From Botryllus schlosseri (Eukaryota), in the NCBI GenBank assembly GCA_051294905.1, contig CM119378.1, positions 10,230,001 to 10,294,000 on the forward strand: a stretch of DNA of 64,000 bases, read 5' to 3'. Positions 36,294 to 48,760 of the stretch are shown here, one piece after another. The notes under the pieces were generated by a model. The model made no database searches. It worked only from the letters and a program-made list of their open reading frames with translations, and was not told where the DNA came from. Positions within the stretch are counted from its first letter, which is position 1. Each line of letters begins with the position of its first letter. A program made the translations under genes and the position numbers.

Positions 36294-36680
36294 TTAAACC
36301 GCTCGCCAGCATGCATTTCGTAGGTTTGAAGTCGGTACAGCAAACATTTTGTACGAGGGTATCACAAACCTTGACACCAACGAGCGAAAGAATAGTAACA
36401 GATCATCCTGTATTTTTAGATGATCTCCAGATTTGGACTGAAAAAGCTTGTTGATTTTGTTGAATTGTTGCAAGATTGGTGTCAAAAACTGCAAATACAA
36501 CTTGTTAACAGGATCACCATACGTGTTTGATAAAAAATCAAATAAGCCCAAAAACAAGCAACCCGCGACTCCTGAAAATAAACCGCGAATCGCGAAAACG
36601 ACAAGCCGAAATTCGCGGGAAAACCGCGAGGTTGGCAATACTGGTTCTAGTGCAACTATGATGTTATCGACAATTGACAA
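36294..36680 (-). pseudogene. hAT transposase fragment of the outer element
   Basis: DPVNKLYLQFLTPILQQFNKINKLFQSKSGDHLKIQDDLLLFFRSLVSRFVIP resembles the hAT LYxxFL..L..FNxxNxxFQ block. Confidence 0.6.
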
Positions 36681-36821
36681 GTATTCATTATGTCGTCACA
36701 AGCTGGCACGGCGGCACCTATGTCTTCGTTGCTGCATCCGATGTTACTGGCGACTGAGAAACTGTAGATTACTTACTATAGATAACTAACATACGTCTAA
36801 ATTAGTAATCTATATATAGAC

Positions 36822-37508
36822 CAGAGGGGGCCAACCTTTTTGGCTAAAGGGCCACATGGACTTGACGAACGAGTGCGTTGCCCACTAGCCGCGCCATGAG
36901 GGAGTGTAAAATTTTCATAGGTAATATTATTATTACTTGGGTATATTGCGGGTCGACTGTATACTACCCGCTAGGCTCAGTTTACAAGGACAGGACTATT
37001 CGGCATCTGGACATATCGATATCGAAGATTTTCGCTAGTATACGACAATCATTTTGTGCCTACATTTCATCGTCGACGATCTTTCTGCGAGCGCAAACGC
37101 GAATATATACTTTCTCTCGTAATGGCTAATATAGTTAGACTCAATCGGCTAAATCAGGCGTTTTCTCATTTTTAGGTGAGGGTAGGCTATAGAGAAAGAA
37201 ATCGTGTGACAATTAAACACGCGAAGCGTGAAGAAAAATTTTACTACTTTTTTAGTTTATTGTAATGTACGACAATTTACTAAAGATGTGACTGCTCGAC
37301 CCTGGATCTGCCAATGCGTCAGAACTGATATTTTAGTCATTGCAATCCTAAGTGTCGCGGCCATACTAATTATATTTTCGGTTGGCCTTGCAAGTTCACA
37401 ATATGACCAATTCAATTTCGATAGTATAATGGGAAATTAGCTCGCGGGCTACTCAAAACCTTCTCGCGGGTCACATATGGCCCGCAGGCCGCGGGTTGCC
37501 CACCCCTG
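36822..37508. mobile_element. Charlie/Buster-like hAT MITE
   Basis: TIR CAGAGGGGGCCAACC / GGTTGCCCACCCCTG. Perfect TSD ATATAGAC (36814-36821, 37509-37516). Confidence 0.88.
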
Positions 37509-38620
37509 ATATAGACAGACAGACACCTTCGATAGTTTTCAGAGCCGGAGCTGGAGCCCGAGCAGTAGTAATAATGCGGCTCCGGAGCTGGAGCCGGAGC
37601 TAATGTATGATAGAAGAAAGCTCCGGAGCCGGAGCTGGAGCAATGTAAATTTACGGCTGCTCCAAAGCCCTGGTTATAATACTCCGTCGGCAGCTATAAA
37701 CATAGTATGTTCCGGATTCTTTTATGAGTCACGTATGCCGATTGTAATCCGATGAGCCTACGCCGATGAATAACTCGGCTTGCACCTTGCAGAAAAGTCG
37801 CGGCTTATGAGCCGCTGCAAAAAGAAATCTGTGCGAGTCGTAGCTCAGATTTTGCCATTTTTTATCTTACCAGGCATAATTGACACTTTCTTGCCGCCAA
37901 AATTTGAAAACCCAGTTTCCTGTGGACATGTCGATGGACTTAATATTTCTTGAGTTGCAAATACTATTTTCAATGCGAAGTGATCTTTCCGATCCAAAAT
38001 CCTCGTTATTTATGTTTGATGGTGTACTGCACATACTATCCATTTAGCAATCATTCTGATAGTTACAGAAACCACTCTGTGTCGATGCCACAAATTACGC
38101 AAATTTTGGGACTTGATCTTGACTGTTGAGTTATGCATGTATATATTGTATAATGTAGTTGTATATGTGTACTTGGTGTACTCACTATTCGCACGGAGGC
38201 GACAAATTCGCCGTAATATTGAAGCAGTTGAAAAAAGTATTTTAAATAGTCACAAAAATCTTCCCCTGCCTCAGGGTTACCATACTTTGGAAGTCTGAAA
38301 AGAGGAGCCTTTTTCAAAATGTTCATACTTGCAATACCTGAGGAAAATCCTGAAAAAATGGTAATTTTTTCCCATTTCGTGATCGGTTTTTTCAAATTGG
38401 ATTAGAATTTGAATGAAGATACAGTTTTTCTAATTCGATTACAATTAGAATAACTGCATTCCCAAAGACTTTGAAATAGAATTAAATTGCGAATTTAGTT
38501 TCTATCAAATCAGGAAATTAGATTAACACATTTTTTCTTTAATTAGCACAATTAGACAACTAGAATTATCTAATTGTTCGAGTATGCTGCTCACTAACCA
38601 CTCTTTTATCTGTTTTTCAG

Positions 38621-38710
38621 GAGCATGAAGGAGATTTCGAGTACATTTCGTTCTGGTTGGCAAACACGTGCAGGCTGCTCAACAACATAAAACTGTACAG
38701 CGGCGACGAG
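38621..38710 (+). CDS. myo5: Host exon: myosin V globular tail (Dilute region)
   Basis: TTTTTCAG|90 bp|GT exon encoding EHEGDFEYISFWLANTCRLLNNIKLYSGDE. Compare myosin Va (recalled) [30 protein letters not shown], also 30 aa. Confidence 0.8.
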
Positions 38711-41700
38711 GTGTGTTTTTATCGCATGCTTTATCGCAACCTTTATGTCATCATATGACAAGGCAAGTAGTATATATGATCGCTCGTGAGGTGGGTGGGG
38801 TCCTTATGGGCCCTCTGGTGATGTACCTCGAAACTCGTGTTGGTGATGGTACCCTTTAGACCCCTCCCTTCCGCTCGTGATGTGCCATTGTTTCTTATGG
38901 GATCTCTGGTGATGGTACCCTTTCTGGTATAGGCTGCGGCGATGATGTGCCGGTCTTGTGTGCTACCGTTATAGGTATAGTGATCTCTGATGAAGTGGTG
39001 TTGAATATGAAGTATTGTAAACAGCGACGCCATTAGTTAGCAAGTATATTCAAAATTATTATATATGACCGATTCGAGTTAATCCTAACGTTTACGGTGA
39101 TTGGAACTTTAATATATCGTTATTCTTATGGACGCGGCGGTGATTCGTACTTTCGGGTATAGGTTGCGTCGGCATGTCGTACTTTCAGCAACAAAGGTGT
39201 GAAATAGTTTGCTAAATCTAGGAATCAGTCGCAAGGTAATGTTTTGGTAATTAGTTTGCCACAGAGCCGGCGTAGACGGCAATTCGAATATCAACAATAA
39301 TCACGCTCACGAACTAACACTTCAAATAAGTGTGAAATATATTACAAACCCCGCGATCGCTCACAAGATAACACCCAAGACATAGCCATCTCTCGCGACT
39401 TGTCATTACATACATTCCAATCACCACAGTGTAATATGTTGATAGTTTTTTTACTATTATGTAATAAGTAACGAATAAGAGAACCGTCGCAGACGGTGAT
39501 TCGAAAACCAACAATTTGACACTTGCCCGCGACCGCTATATGTTTTCACGCCTCCGGAATAGTGGTTGACTTTAGTTGCGTGATAAGATCCATGAAAATA
39601 TTCAATCAATGTGTTAATTTGTCAACTTGAAATGAAACTCACTACACAACTCAAGTTGATTCGTATCTGAATGTTTTGATTCGGTACAACTCTAATCCTT
39701 TGAGAAATCCTTTTAACGCGATCTGTTGAATCGAACGTAACCAGAATATTACTGACGCCAACATTCAGCCGCATCGGATTATTCACACATTCCGCGCCGC
39801 TGTTTTCACACCTATAGAATCAATACCAACTATCTCTTTACCGAAAATATTCAATCATTTTGGTAATTTGTCAACTTGAAATCAAACTCTTAACAAATAC
39901 ACACATCCTATCATTTACCAACTCCAGCATCACCAAATAATCCAGCTGTCGGAATCCATTCGTCAGATGTACTACAGGTAAACTGAAATAATCAAAAATG
40001 AAATATTTTGACTTTGGCATAGTGTGAATTGAAATAGGTTTGACAAACATGACTATCAACTTTCAACCCGGCCATATTTCGAGATTATGCGCATATTGAT
40101 TTGAAACAAGTAATGAAACCTTACAACTCTATTCACGACTGAGTTTTCCGTTTGTCAAATAGAGTTTCAGTAACTAATATCACTATGGCATCGCGATATT
40201 TTAATGTGTTACTACACACAATTGAGTCAATCAATGAAATAACCCCTGTTGTTGTAAACTTTTCTAACTTGACAACCACTTGTGCATACCGCGATCGAGT
40301 TGCGACGCGATGAGTTAAATTGGAATATTTCAATCTACTTTGTCGAAACCTTGAACAAGCTATCTGGTTATGTTTTGTTGCAATTGAGTTAACGGAAATA
40401 GTATTACGTCTCGACATTTTAACACCTTACCATACTCCAAAGAGTCAACAAGGAAAAACCTTGTCAAGTAAATCCGTTTGTAACTTACCCAACCAACTCA
40501 ACAGTATCCGTGTGGAAAGTAGACAAGATTACGCGCTACAATCTAAAATCCATAGCTAGTTCGGTTGTAGTCATATAGGCTACCGCCAACTCGTCTTTTC
40601 TCTTCAACTGTAAAAGTCGTTACTATTCTGCAAGACAAAGTAATTACTACTCGATATATTTTGTAAGACAAAAGTAATTACTACTCGGTGCAGGCGACTT
40701 GAAATTAACATAATATGTTTGAGTATACGAGATTTGAAAGTCTGATCAACGTAGTTGGGAATTCATTTCTTACAATCGAACGCCGGTGTTATATTCAAAG
40801 TTATCATGCATCATAAGGATTGACACATTGGTTTGACATACGAGATTTTGTAATAGTCGACCACGACTTGGTTATTAAATTATGACGAAATTAGACCGGG
40901 GTTGTGTTAAAGGTTATTACGATACCAACAAACTTTTCAGAAACATTGTTATTAACATATCGAGTTGTAAAACTATGCGTGTCTGAAATGTTCTTGACTG
41001 GAAAATTATTCCACCTTGGTACAAATCACTCTGCGTATCGCGGATGTCAGAAAATATTTTACAAATGTAATTGTTTCCAGTAACCAAGGCTAAAGATGAA
41101 ACAACAACATCGGTATTATTACATTCGACAACCAGTACAATTGTTAAAATCTGTCGTTCGCGATAACCGATGCTAAAGATGCAATAATTCCATTATTCAT
41201 ACATTGAACACCCGATACAAAATGCTTTATTATCGCAATTCGTAACGAGTAATTGAAGCGACTACGTGCAGAGTCAGTATATCACAATGCCATGTCGTTA
41301 CTGTTTAATCCAACAATTGATACGATTTATTGTCGGGATTTGTGACAGCGCATTGAAACATACACAACTTACAGAGTGTGAAAATTTTACTTTGGGTATC
41401 GAGTACCGTTTGAAGCGTGCGATCAATACGTAATTCCGTTCGCACTCTCTAAGACATTGTGAAGTCTAGAGATTTACACTTCAAGACTTTGATCAACACA
41501 GAAGCAATTTGGAATATCGTTACTGGATGCATCCTATTCTACTAGACTTGAGTAGTACGCAAAACTCATAGCATTAACAAAATCGTAATATGCGCTACAC
41601 TGAAATCTACAAAATGTGTTTGTATTGTTGCTCAAAGTACTGATCATAAATTATCATTTGAATCTTCTAAAGTAATTGTAACCATAAAACCAAACTTGCG

Positions 41701-42382
41701 AAAGTCATTACCATAACAATAGAATATTGTAGGTTGCTTGCTAAATGTATGCCGGAAATATTTGTAGAACGCTCACGACCAAAGAAATCGGAAATTTCCC
41801 CCATTGTCATTCGTCAAAGTAAATGTCGTCACAATACTCATCCCGTAAAAGACCTTACTTGTATGTGATTGAATCACCAGCAATTAACTCGCTAAATAAA
41901 ATCTCAAGGGAATTTCACTCATCAGATTACGATATTAAACAGCGTCGCTTAATCGGCGTAGATCGTTTTTTTTTAATGCAAATCATATATGTCCAGCAGA
42001 AAACAATTTTCACTCGCTCGGTAATAAAACCAATGTGTTGGTCTCCATTCGATATTTTGTTTGTGTCTAATACTTTACAATAAACACACTGGAGTGGTTG
42101 AGCTTTACATCATCAAGCTGTCATTTGTAAATCAAGATTTCAACCAACTTGTAACTGTATCGTTTAATTAACCGACATTTAGTGATTGGTGAACATACCA
42201 AACGATACACACCCACTTCTGAAATACTGTGTTGATCTTAATTTCCATCATCGTGATAATCGAAGTACATTTGTTTCGAATTCGTAACAACTGGCTTTTC
42301 TATGACAGGATAATTTTTTGACAAGTTATGCATATCCAAGATTGGTTGCATATCGCGAAAAATAATATACCACTCATATTGA

Positions 42383-42804
42383 TACTGTTACTCCATTGAC
42401 CGGTATTTTTCCCGTTGTCGGTTTTCAACGAGTAAAAGTTATTACTTGAGTTACTCCGCTTACGATATTTAAATGTAAACTCATCCGTCTTTCAATATCA
42501 CAAAGACATCGATAAAAAGTACACAATCAAACGCGACAAGTTTTACTTTTGTAGACTGTGTATGATTATACAACGCAACTCATTTCTTACCAAAGACATA
42601 TGAAAGATATTCATGGCACACGAAAATGCTCGATATTCCCATGCTACGAACCTGTGCAATGATTGGAGGCGCTTTCAAACTGTTTCGATACCTCAAGAGC
42701 TTTATTGTATGAATGGATGCTCGTGCTCGTGCATCTTAATATTCAAATAGTTCAACACAGAACTAGTACCTACAGACACATCGGAGTTTTTACACAAAAG
42801 TTTG
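42383..42804. repeat. ~420-bp dispersed repeat, inverted copy of 55125-55540
   Basis: Near-identical reverse-complement match, e.g. GGTCAATGGAGTAACAGTA and AAAGACGGATGAGTTTACATTTAAATATCG. Confidence 0.85.
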
Positions 42805-43869
42805 TATGCGCACAGTATGTGATAACCACGTGTAAGTCCAGCATAACCGCGGTATCTATCCGAGTTAGGTTAACACAATTTATGACGCCGGCGTCGCATC
42901 ATCTTTCTTAAGACAAACCAACCAACCAACCACACCTGCGGGATATGTCCATGTCATTGCAATAAATCAGCTACTCCTACAAAACAGTACGGATGTTTTC
43001 TCGACACGACCCTTACATCTTACACACGAAACAATCTACTTTGCTAATGAGAAGTGCCGAGTCATCAAATTATTGTCCTCACAACAAAACAGATGAAGAT
43101 ATTTTCATACAAAATGCCCCTAACCCTTTGCACACCAGTGACAAATTTTGCAATGGCTATGTTTAGTGAATCGAGTTGTTGTTCAGCGTCAAGTCTCCAT
43201 GTTGAAGCGTACATTAAAACAGCACAGTCACAATCCAATTAAAACCACGAATATATTTCATTTCGTCACAAACTGTCACATACAGAAAAACAAATTTTCT
43301 TTCCCGACGTTAAAACATGCTTGTAACCAATCGCTTTCATTAAACACACAACGCCATAAAAGTATATACTTTCTACAACATAGACATTCCGATGTAGTCA
43401 AGAAATATTTTTATTAATTAAAATCATCGACTTCTATTGACGGTGTTAGTGTGTGCATATCATACCTGTGGGTCCGTATTAAAATGGACAGGGCACGACT
43501 GAATGCAAGGAGGTAGAAGTCTATCGCATCGATTTACATAGGTCTTCGCTACGGTTTCAAAAAACGAATCATGTCTTGTGCATTGATCGAGACCGAACAA
43601 ATTAGTTACATGTATTCATGGTAATGATTTTGTTTGTCATATGCGAATGATAGGGTTACTGACCCGACAAATCAAATCAACATACAACAACCTTCTTACG
43701 GTGGTAATAACATTTTCATTTTCCTCCCCTTCGTAATAGTATACTCACGACAAGTATATTGTACAACTCGACAACTACGTTTAACAAGACCAATCACACT
43801 ACCAACGTAGAACTCACGATACCTACCCAAGTAAAAATATCATTTTCGTTTGCACAACGGACAATAACC

Positions 43870-44190
43870 TGCGTAAAATTACCATTTTCACTTGGAGGTC
43901 CGCCGTTACCCGAGTAACAATAGATTTTCCTTTTGAGATCTGTCGTTTACCCAGAGTAACAATACATTTTCACTTGAAGGTCTATCGTTTCACAGAGTAA
44001 CAAAACCATTTTCGTTTGTAAATATATTTTTCCCTGAGTATCAAAACCGTTTTCGTTTCGAAATATATTTTTCCTAGAGTAACAATACCATTTTCGTTTG
44101 AAAAACTATCATTTACCTGAGTAACAATACCATTTCGCTTGGAATACTACCATTTACCTGAGCAACAATACATTTTCACTCGGAGTTCCT
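43870..44190. repeat. Degenerate ~41-bp tandem repeat
   Basis: About eight units built on GAGTAACAATACCATTTTC. Confidence 0.8.
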
Positions 44191-45790
44191 TAGATCTGCT
44201 GCCTTCATGCCAACTACCGTATTTCGTTTACTGCTTTTCTTCGTTATCGTTTTGCTCCAATGAAGGACATTATCTGCCGTGCATTGTTTTTAATCGTCAT
44301 GTGGTACAATATCTCGTTGCCTTTATATTTACAGTGCGGAGGGGGCAACCCTTTTGTATGTCCATGGGCAGCCGCCAAACCATAGTTCTAGACTATTACT
44401 CTATCGCACCTTTTCATGACGTTCTTGATTTCTTCAATTCTTATTTGCACCCCCATTTTCTTTTTTATGACGATGCAAATTCCTTCCCAGGGATGGTATC
44501 CATCTACTGAGTCATTACAAAGATCATGGCGACAATGAGACTCTTGAGTTCCGTCTTAACGCTTGGACTGGTCCCTTGTTGTGGTAACTTGGCCAACCAT
44601 TGGCCAATGTGAATCTCGTGATGAACGGGGTTTTGTTGTTGGTGGAGAGAGGGCGAGGTTCTTCGTTGTCAGCGGGGATTCCCTACCTATTCAATCTAAC
44701 CTCTGATCTCGGCGTGTGCCCACGCCTACCGTCACGCCAACGGACTCAATCGCCGTCGGGGGCCCTGTTTCTGGGGAGACATGCATCATAAAATCCCCAG
44801 ACTCCTAGTCGGTCATATCCGGATATATGTACGGTTGACCGGCAACAGCTGCTCTCCAGTTACCTTTTGGGAAAGTAGGTAAGACAGTGGCTGTCGTAAT
44901 GCTACTATGGGCCGAACAGTTACAATCGTTCGGACAAGTGCATCTACGAGATCTGTCAGGACCAATTTTCTCGTGTTGGTCCTCATTTGCGCCAGCGGGG
45001 ATTCCACACTCGACGTCTTCAAGAATAGTGCCAGCAGGGATTACTGACTCGACACTTGGAGTTTCCCATAGGTTTTGTGTGACATTAGTTGCGCTTTTCT
45101 ACTCGTCGTTCGCACCAGTGGTGATTACCATCTCGGTACTTGCGCCAGCGGCAACGGCCAGCGGCGACGGCCAGCGTCAGCGTGCCGGCTCGACGCTTAT
45201 TTGATTTGCAGCTTCCATCAACCCCATCATCGGTTACAGTGTCGCGAGGACTGCTTCCGACTTTGGTTCCGTCCCGTTGATCTCATGAGATCACATCATG
45301 TAGAGTTACTAAAGACAACTCTTCAATTGCATTAGACGGTGTTTTCAGCCCAATTACTATGCTTGGTAGTTGCTGTACTTGTTCAATCCATTTCAACCCT
45401 ATGATATTAAGTGGAACTCCTAATCCGGTCACAAATGGAACGGACAGACCATCAAAATTAATCTCTACCAAGGAATCAACTTGGGACAAGCCACCTATTC
45501 CTGCGTCAATTCCATGTCTGTTGGTTGACGTTCCTCTCAGCTTTGTGGGTATTTAGAAATAACGACCTTTTTCATTATCAAATTGGGGATGCTTCCCGTG
45601 TCAGCTACGAATTTCGAACCCGTTGTTGTATCTATCAAACACAACAATTGGCCTCCGAACAATTCCGTAAATCGGGCTGTAAAGGGTCATCCGGCGTATC
45701 AAGAAATGTAAATAAGGGTAAAGAAGAGTTATGTACAGTTTTTGTGTGTTGGGGTAATAAATTATCTGGGAGCTGATTTACCGGATCAAT
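44190..45790 (-). pseudogene. pol: pol of copy 2: protease, linker and C-terminal domain; RT and RNase H deleted
   Basis: DPVNQLPD, ADTGSIPNL and VPLNIIGLKWIEQVQ match copy 1. VKTELKSL is joined almost directly to DGYHPWE...GLAAAHGHT...LYHMT. Confidence 0.8.
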
Positions 45791-47537
45791 CAGCTCCCGC
45801 AAGCGATTTTCGAGAGTCGAATACCTTGATTCAGTTCATCATCCGTCCAATATGAAGCATCATATCGACGTGGATGATCAGGGTATTGAGGTTCCGCCCA
45901 AGCCACTTGGCTATTACCTCGGGATGAGTGTGCAGGCGGTAAAGATGGCTTTGTGTCACGCGTTTCCTTTGTTTCCTGGTTCATAGGGCGCGTCTCTTGT
46001 TCATCCAGAAACTCGGAGTTCCAAACAAGTTGTAGCTCCTCCGCAACGTCCCGCCACCTTTTTTCATCTTCCCAGCCTCGTAACATAAGTCTTAGCGCTT
46101 CGGGTAGTCGTTGTCGCAGATTTCGAAATAGACGCAATCCATCAGGATTCTTTTTAATTTTACTGTCCATGTTTATTTCCAGTTGCTTCAAGGCGCTATT
46201 GAGTAATGGTAGCGGCTCATCCTCCCAGCGATAATTTCTGCGTAAATCCCCAATGATTTTTTCATCATTCACCAAACCCTGGGGGTTTGATAAGGAAAGA
46301 GATCGCATAACCGATTCCCATTCTGCTTCCCCTGAATCGGTATTAAAAAAAATTCCCAATTGGGTAGCCTGCTCGTGTCGGCCAGCAGCCCTCAATTTTT
46401 TTTTTTTGCATAGCATTAGCCAAAATTACATCAGCATCCGTATCCCCAACACCGTGGCGTATTCGTCGCATTGAATTTTCCATCCACTTCAGAAGCGGCA
46501 TGTCCCCAGGGTCCATCATAAGCTGTAGCATCTCTTTTTCCGATTGGGGTTTATCTGTCAACCAATGCCTTGTTGTTACGGCAACTGGGTGTTGTCGGGG
46601 TTGTTGTCGCCTAGTCCTCCCCCCATGCTCTTTTGGAGTGGAGGTAGCGCGAGGTGTATCAGGAGAGCGAGGGATGTCGGAAAGTTCCTCCTCGAGAGAT
46701 TCTTCCGCGGAATCCTGATAATATGCACCGCCCCGTAGGGACTTTATATTGTCTCTTATTTCTTGGGAAATCTGTTTCAGTCTAGCATGGAAATCGATTT
46801 CAGAATTTTCTGCATCAGATTGTTCCTCGCCTGGACTATGAAAGGTCACCCGTCGGGAGGCGCCATCCTCTTCTGTCCTTGTTCCCATTGGTGTTTTAAG
46901 TAAGTTTTCATTTTTTTTGTTTGGCGCGTGCACCACCCCCCACAAGGAAACAAGACGTTGATCCTTTATAAGAGTCAGACAATGTGGTGGGCTCAGAACT
47001 CGGTAACGTGGGGTAGACGGCCGTTACAGTGTGACAATCCAAACCCTTGCGAACCGTCATCGTTGGCCCCTGTTTAATATCCCCGCTTGACTGTTCAGTG
47101 GAAGGCACGTACGCCGGAGGATCATATTCTGGTGCATCTGGAAGTACTGTTAAAGCGTGAGGTTGGGTTCGTTCCCTCGTGACCTGCGCATGCGACTTTC
47201 CTAGCTCAAACTCTAACGAGAGAATGTCGTTCAGCACATCGGTGGAGACCTTCCCGCTAACCTTTGTTGTGGCATCACAAACAGCTTTGAGGTCCGCTTG
47301 AGCTTTTCGAACCTCTTTCTTTGCCTTTTCTAAACCTTTCATGGTTTCTGGTAGAGAAGTCTTTACTTCTTTTAGTAGCTCTGTTTGTTCAGCCACATCT
47401 TTAGCAAGTTGTCTTTCTTGTCGCCGTAGATCTTCATGGCGTTTTTGTGTCGCCTTGAGCAAGGTAATGCCCTGTTTAAGTTCATTTGTCGCTTCTGACG
47501 ACTTTTTCCTTTTAAATGCTTTCAACATTCTTCGCAT
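45790..47537 (-). pseudogene. gag: gag of copy 2, with two frameshifts in T runs and the nucleocapsid region missing
   Basis: ORFs 46908-47537, 46343-46945 and 45790-46416 align to copy-1 Gag (KVSGKVSTDVLN, GLDCHTVTAVYPTLP, WESVMRSLSLSNPQGL, YWTDDEL). Confidence 0.85.
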
Positions 47538-47550
47538 AGTAGCCTACTCT

Positions 47551-47820
47551 CTATTGACTGGAGGAAGTACTGTTGACAGAAGGTAGTGGATCAGGTGAAA
47601 ATACGTTGAAATAGAATGTAGATCCTTGTGGCGTATTCGTGGGTTGAACGTAATCAGTGGATTCGCTGCTGTTAGATCCCAAAAGTACGTTCAACAGATT
47701 AGAAAACGCTCCAGGCGATACGTGCAGATAGATTGCCGCCAATGTAATCAGAAGAGATACAGACGATGATAGCAAGGCTACGACAAGTACAAGTTTTACG
47801 ATGGTCGTCTTAGAAAGCAT
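47551..47820 (-). CDS. Small hydrophobic ORF upstream of gag, copy 2 (89 aa)
   Basis: MLSKTTIVKLVLVVALLSSSVSLLITLAAIYL..., located between the PBS and gag. Confidence 0.6.
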   Translation of the reverse strand: MLSKTTIVKLVLVVALLSSSVSLLITLAAIYLHVSPGAFSNLLNVLLGSNSSESTDYVQPTNTPQGSTFYFNVFSPDPLPSVNSTSSSQ

Positions 47821-47849
47821 CGATTAGTCAACGTCTTAACACCGGAAGT

Positions 47850-47867
47850 TCCCCGTACTGGCCACCA
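47850..47867 (-). promoter_or_regulatory. Primer-binding site, tRNA-Ile
   Basis: Minus strand TGGTGGCCAGTACGGGGA, an 18-nt complement of a tRNA-Ile(AAU) 3' end. Confidence 0.85.
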
Positions 47868-47871
47868 ATTT

Positions 47872-48760
47872 TGTTTTTAGAGTGCAGCTCCGATAACGAT
47901 TGTTATGCGAGTAGTCCACACTTGTTCGGGTTACTTCCTAGTAAGGCGTTGCCTTTCGTTTGCTTTAGTATCCTGACGACGTTTGTAAATGGTGATTGGA
48001 GCAACAACAGTTGTAGGATTGTTTCTTCTCAAGTTGACAATGACTCTAGGGTCCAGAATTTTAATCTACTTTTATCTACTGATAATCTAGGATCTTAATA
48101 CAACCAAATACTCTAATCAGTTATTCGCGCAGACGGAAATGAGGTAACTCTATGCAAAGCTTGGTTAAATTGGCATACAAATCATTCATCAATTATAACA
48201 CAAGGCATGGTTTAACCTATACATCATCATACACGATTAATAAACATTTTCAATACTCCAAGGTTTATTTACGCATATAATTCATGCGACGGCCTTTCCT
48301 GCCGAAAAGCAGCTCCAAGGTTGGTTTACACATATAATTCATGTGACGGCCTTTCATGCCGAAAAGTTTATACATGACATGTCGTTTCACAATACTCAAC
48401 TACAATTGTCATGCAAAAACTAATGTCTTGAATTCAATCTGTTGTTTCACCGGGTTCTTTTAGTATTGGTGTTCTTAAGCTTTTTATTCATTCGTATGTT
48501 GACTAGCAATCGTCAAAGTCAAACACCTTGTTTTCGATGCCAAATATTTACATAACTCGAGTGGTTACGAGGGTCTTGATAATAAGTTTATCAATTATAA
48601 CTTCCTATGTACGTGCTCATTAAATGCAACACGTAATGTTGTGTTATTTTATGTCCTATTGAATAACAGTCCGCACAGGCAACCCGTCCTGATTTTGGCG
48701 TTATTTTGTCCTATTAAATAACAGTCCGCACAGGCAACCCGTCCTGATTTTGTGATCATG
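47872..48760 (-). repeat. LTR-like segment of copy 2 with two tandem duplications of ~55-58 bp
   Basis: Ends ...AAAAACA before the PBS and is homologous to 25561-25960. Duplications at ~48256-48366 and ~48639-48752. Far boundary uncertain. Confidence 0.6.

Larger units (their letters stand above)
3445..37672 (-). mobile_element. Decayed hAT DNA transposon expanded to 34 kb by nested insertions
   Basis: TIR CAGGGCTTTGGAGC at 3445 and GCTCCAAAGCCCTG ending at 37672. Perfect 8-bp TSD GTTATAAT (3437-3444, 37673-37680). GGAGCC/GGAGCT subterminal arrays at both ends. Transposase remnants inside both ends. Confidence 0.8.

Noticed and set aside
38069-38298. Possible host exon with a TM-like stretch, or the preceding myosin exon
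   Set aside because: No convincing homology; stops in the myosin-like frame; conflicting ORFs on both strands.
43870-44190. CRISPR-like array
   Set aside because: Degenerate tandem units with no unique spacers, in a eukaryotic context.
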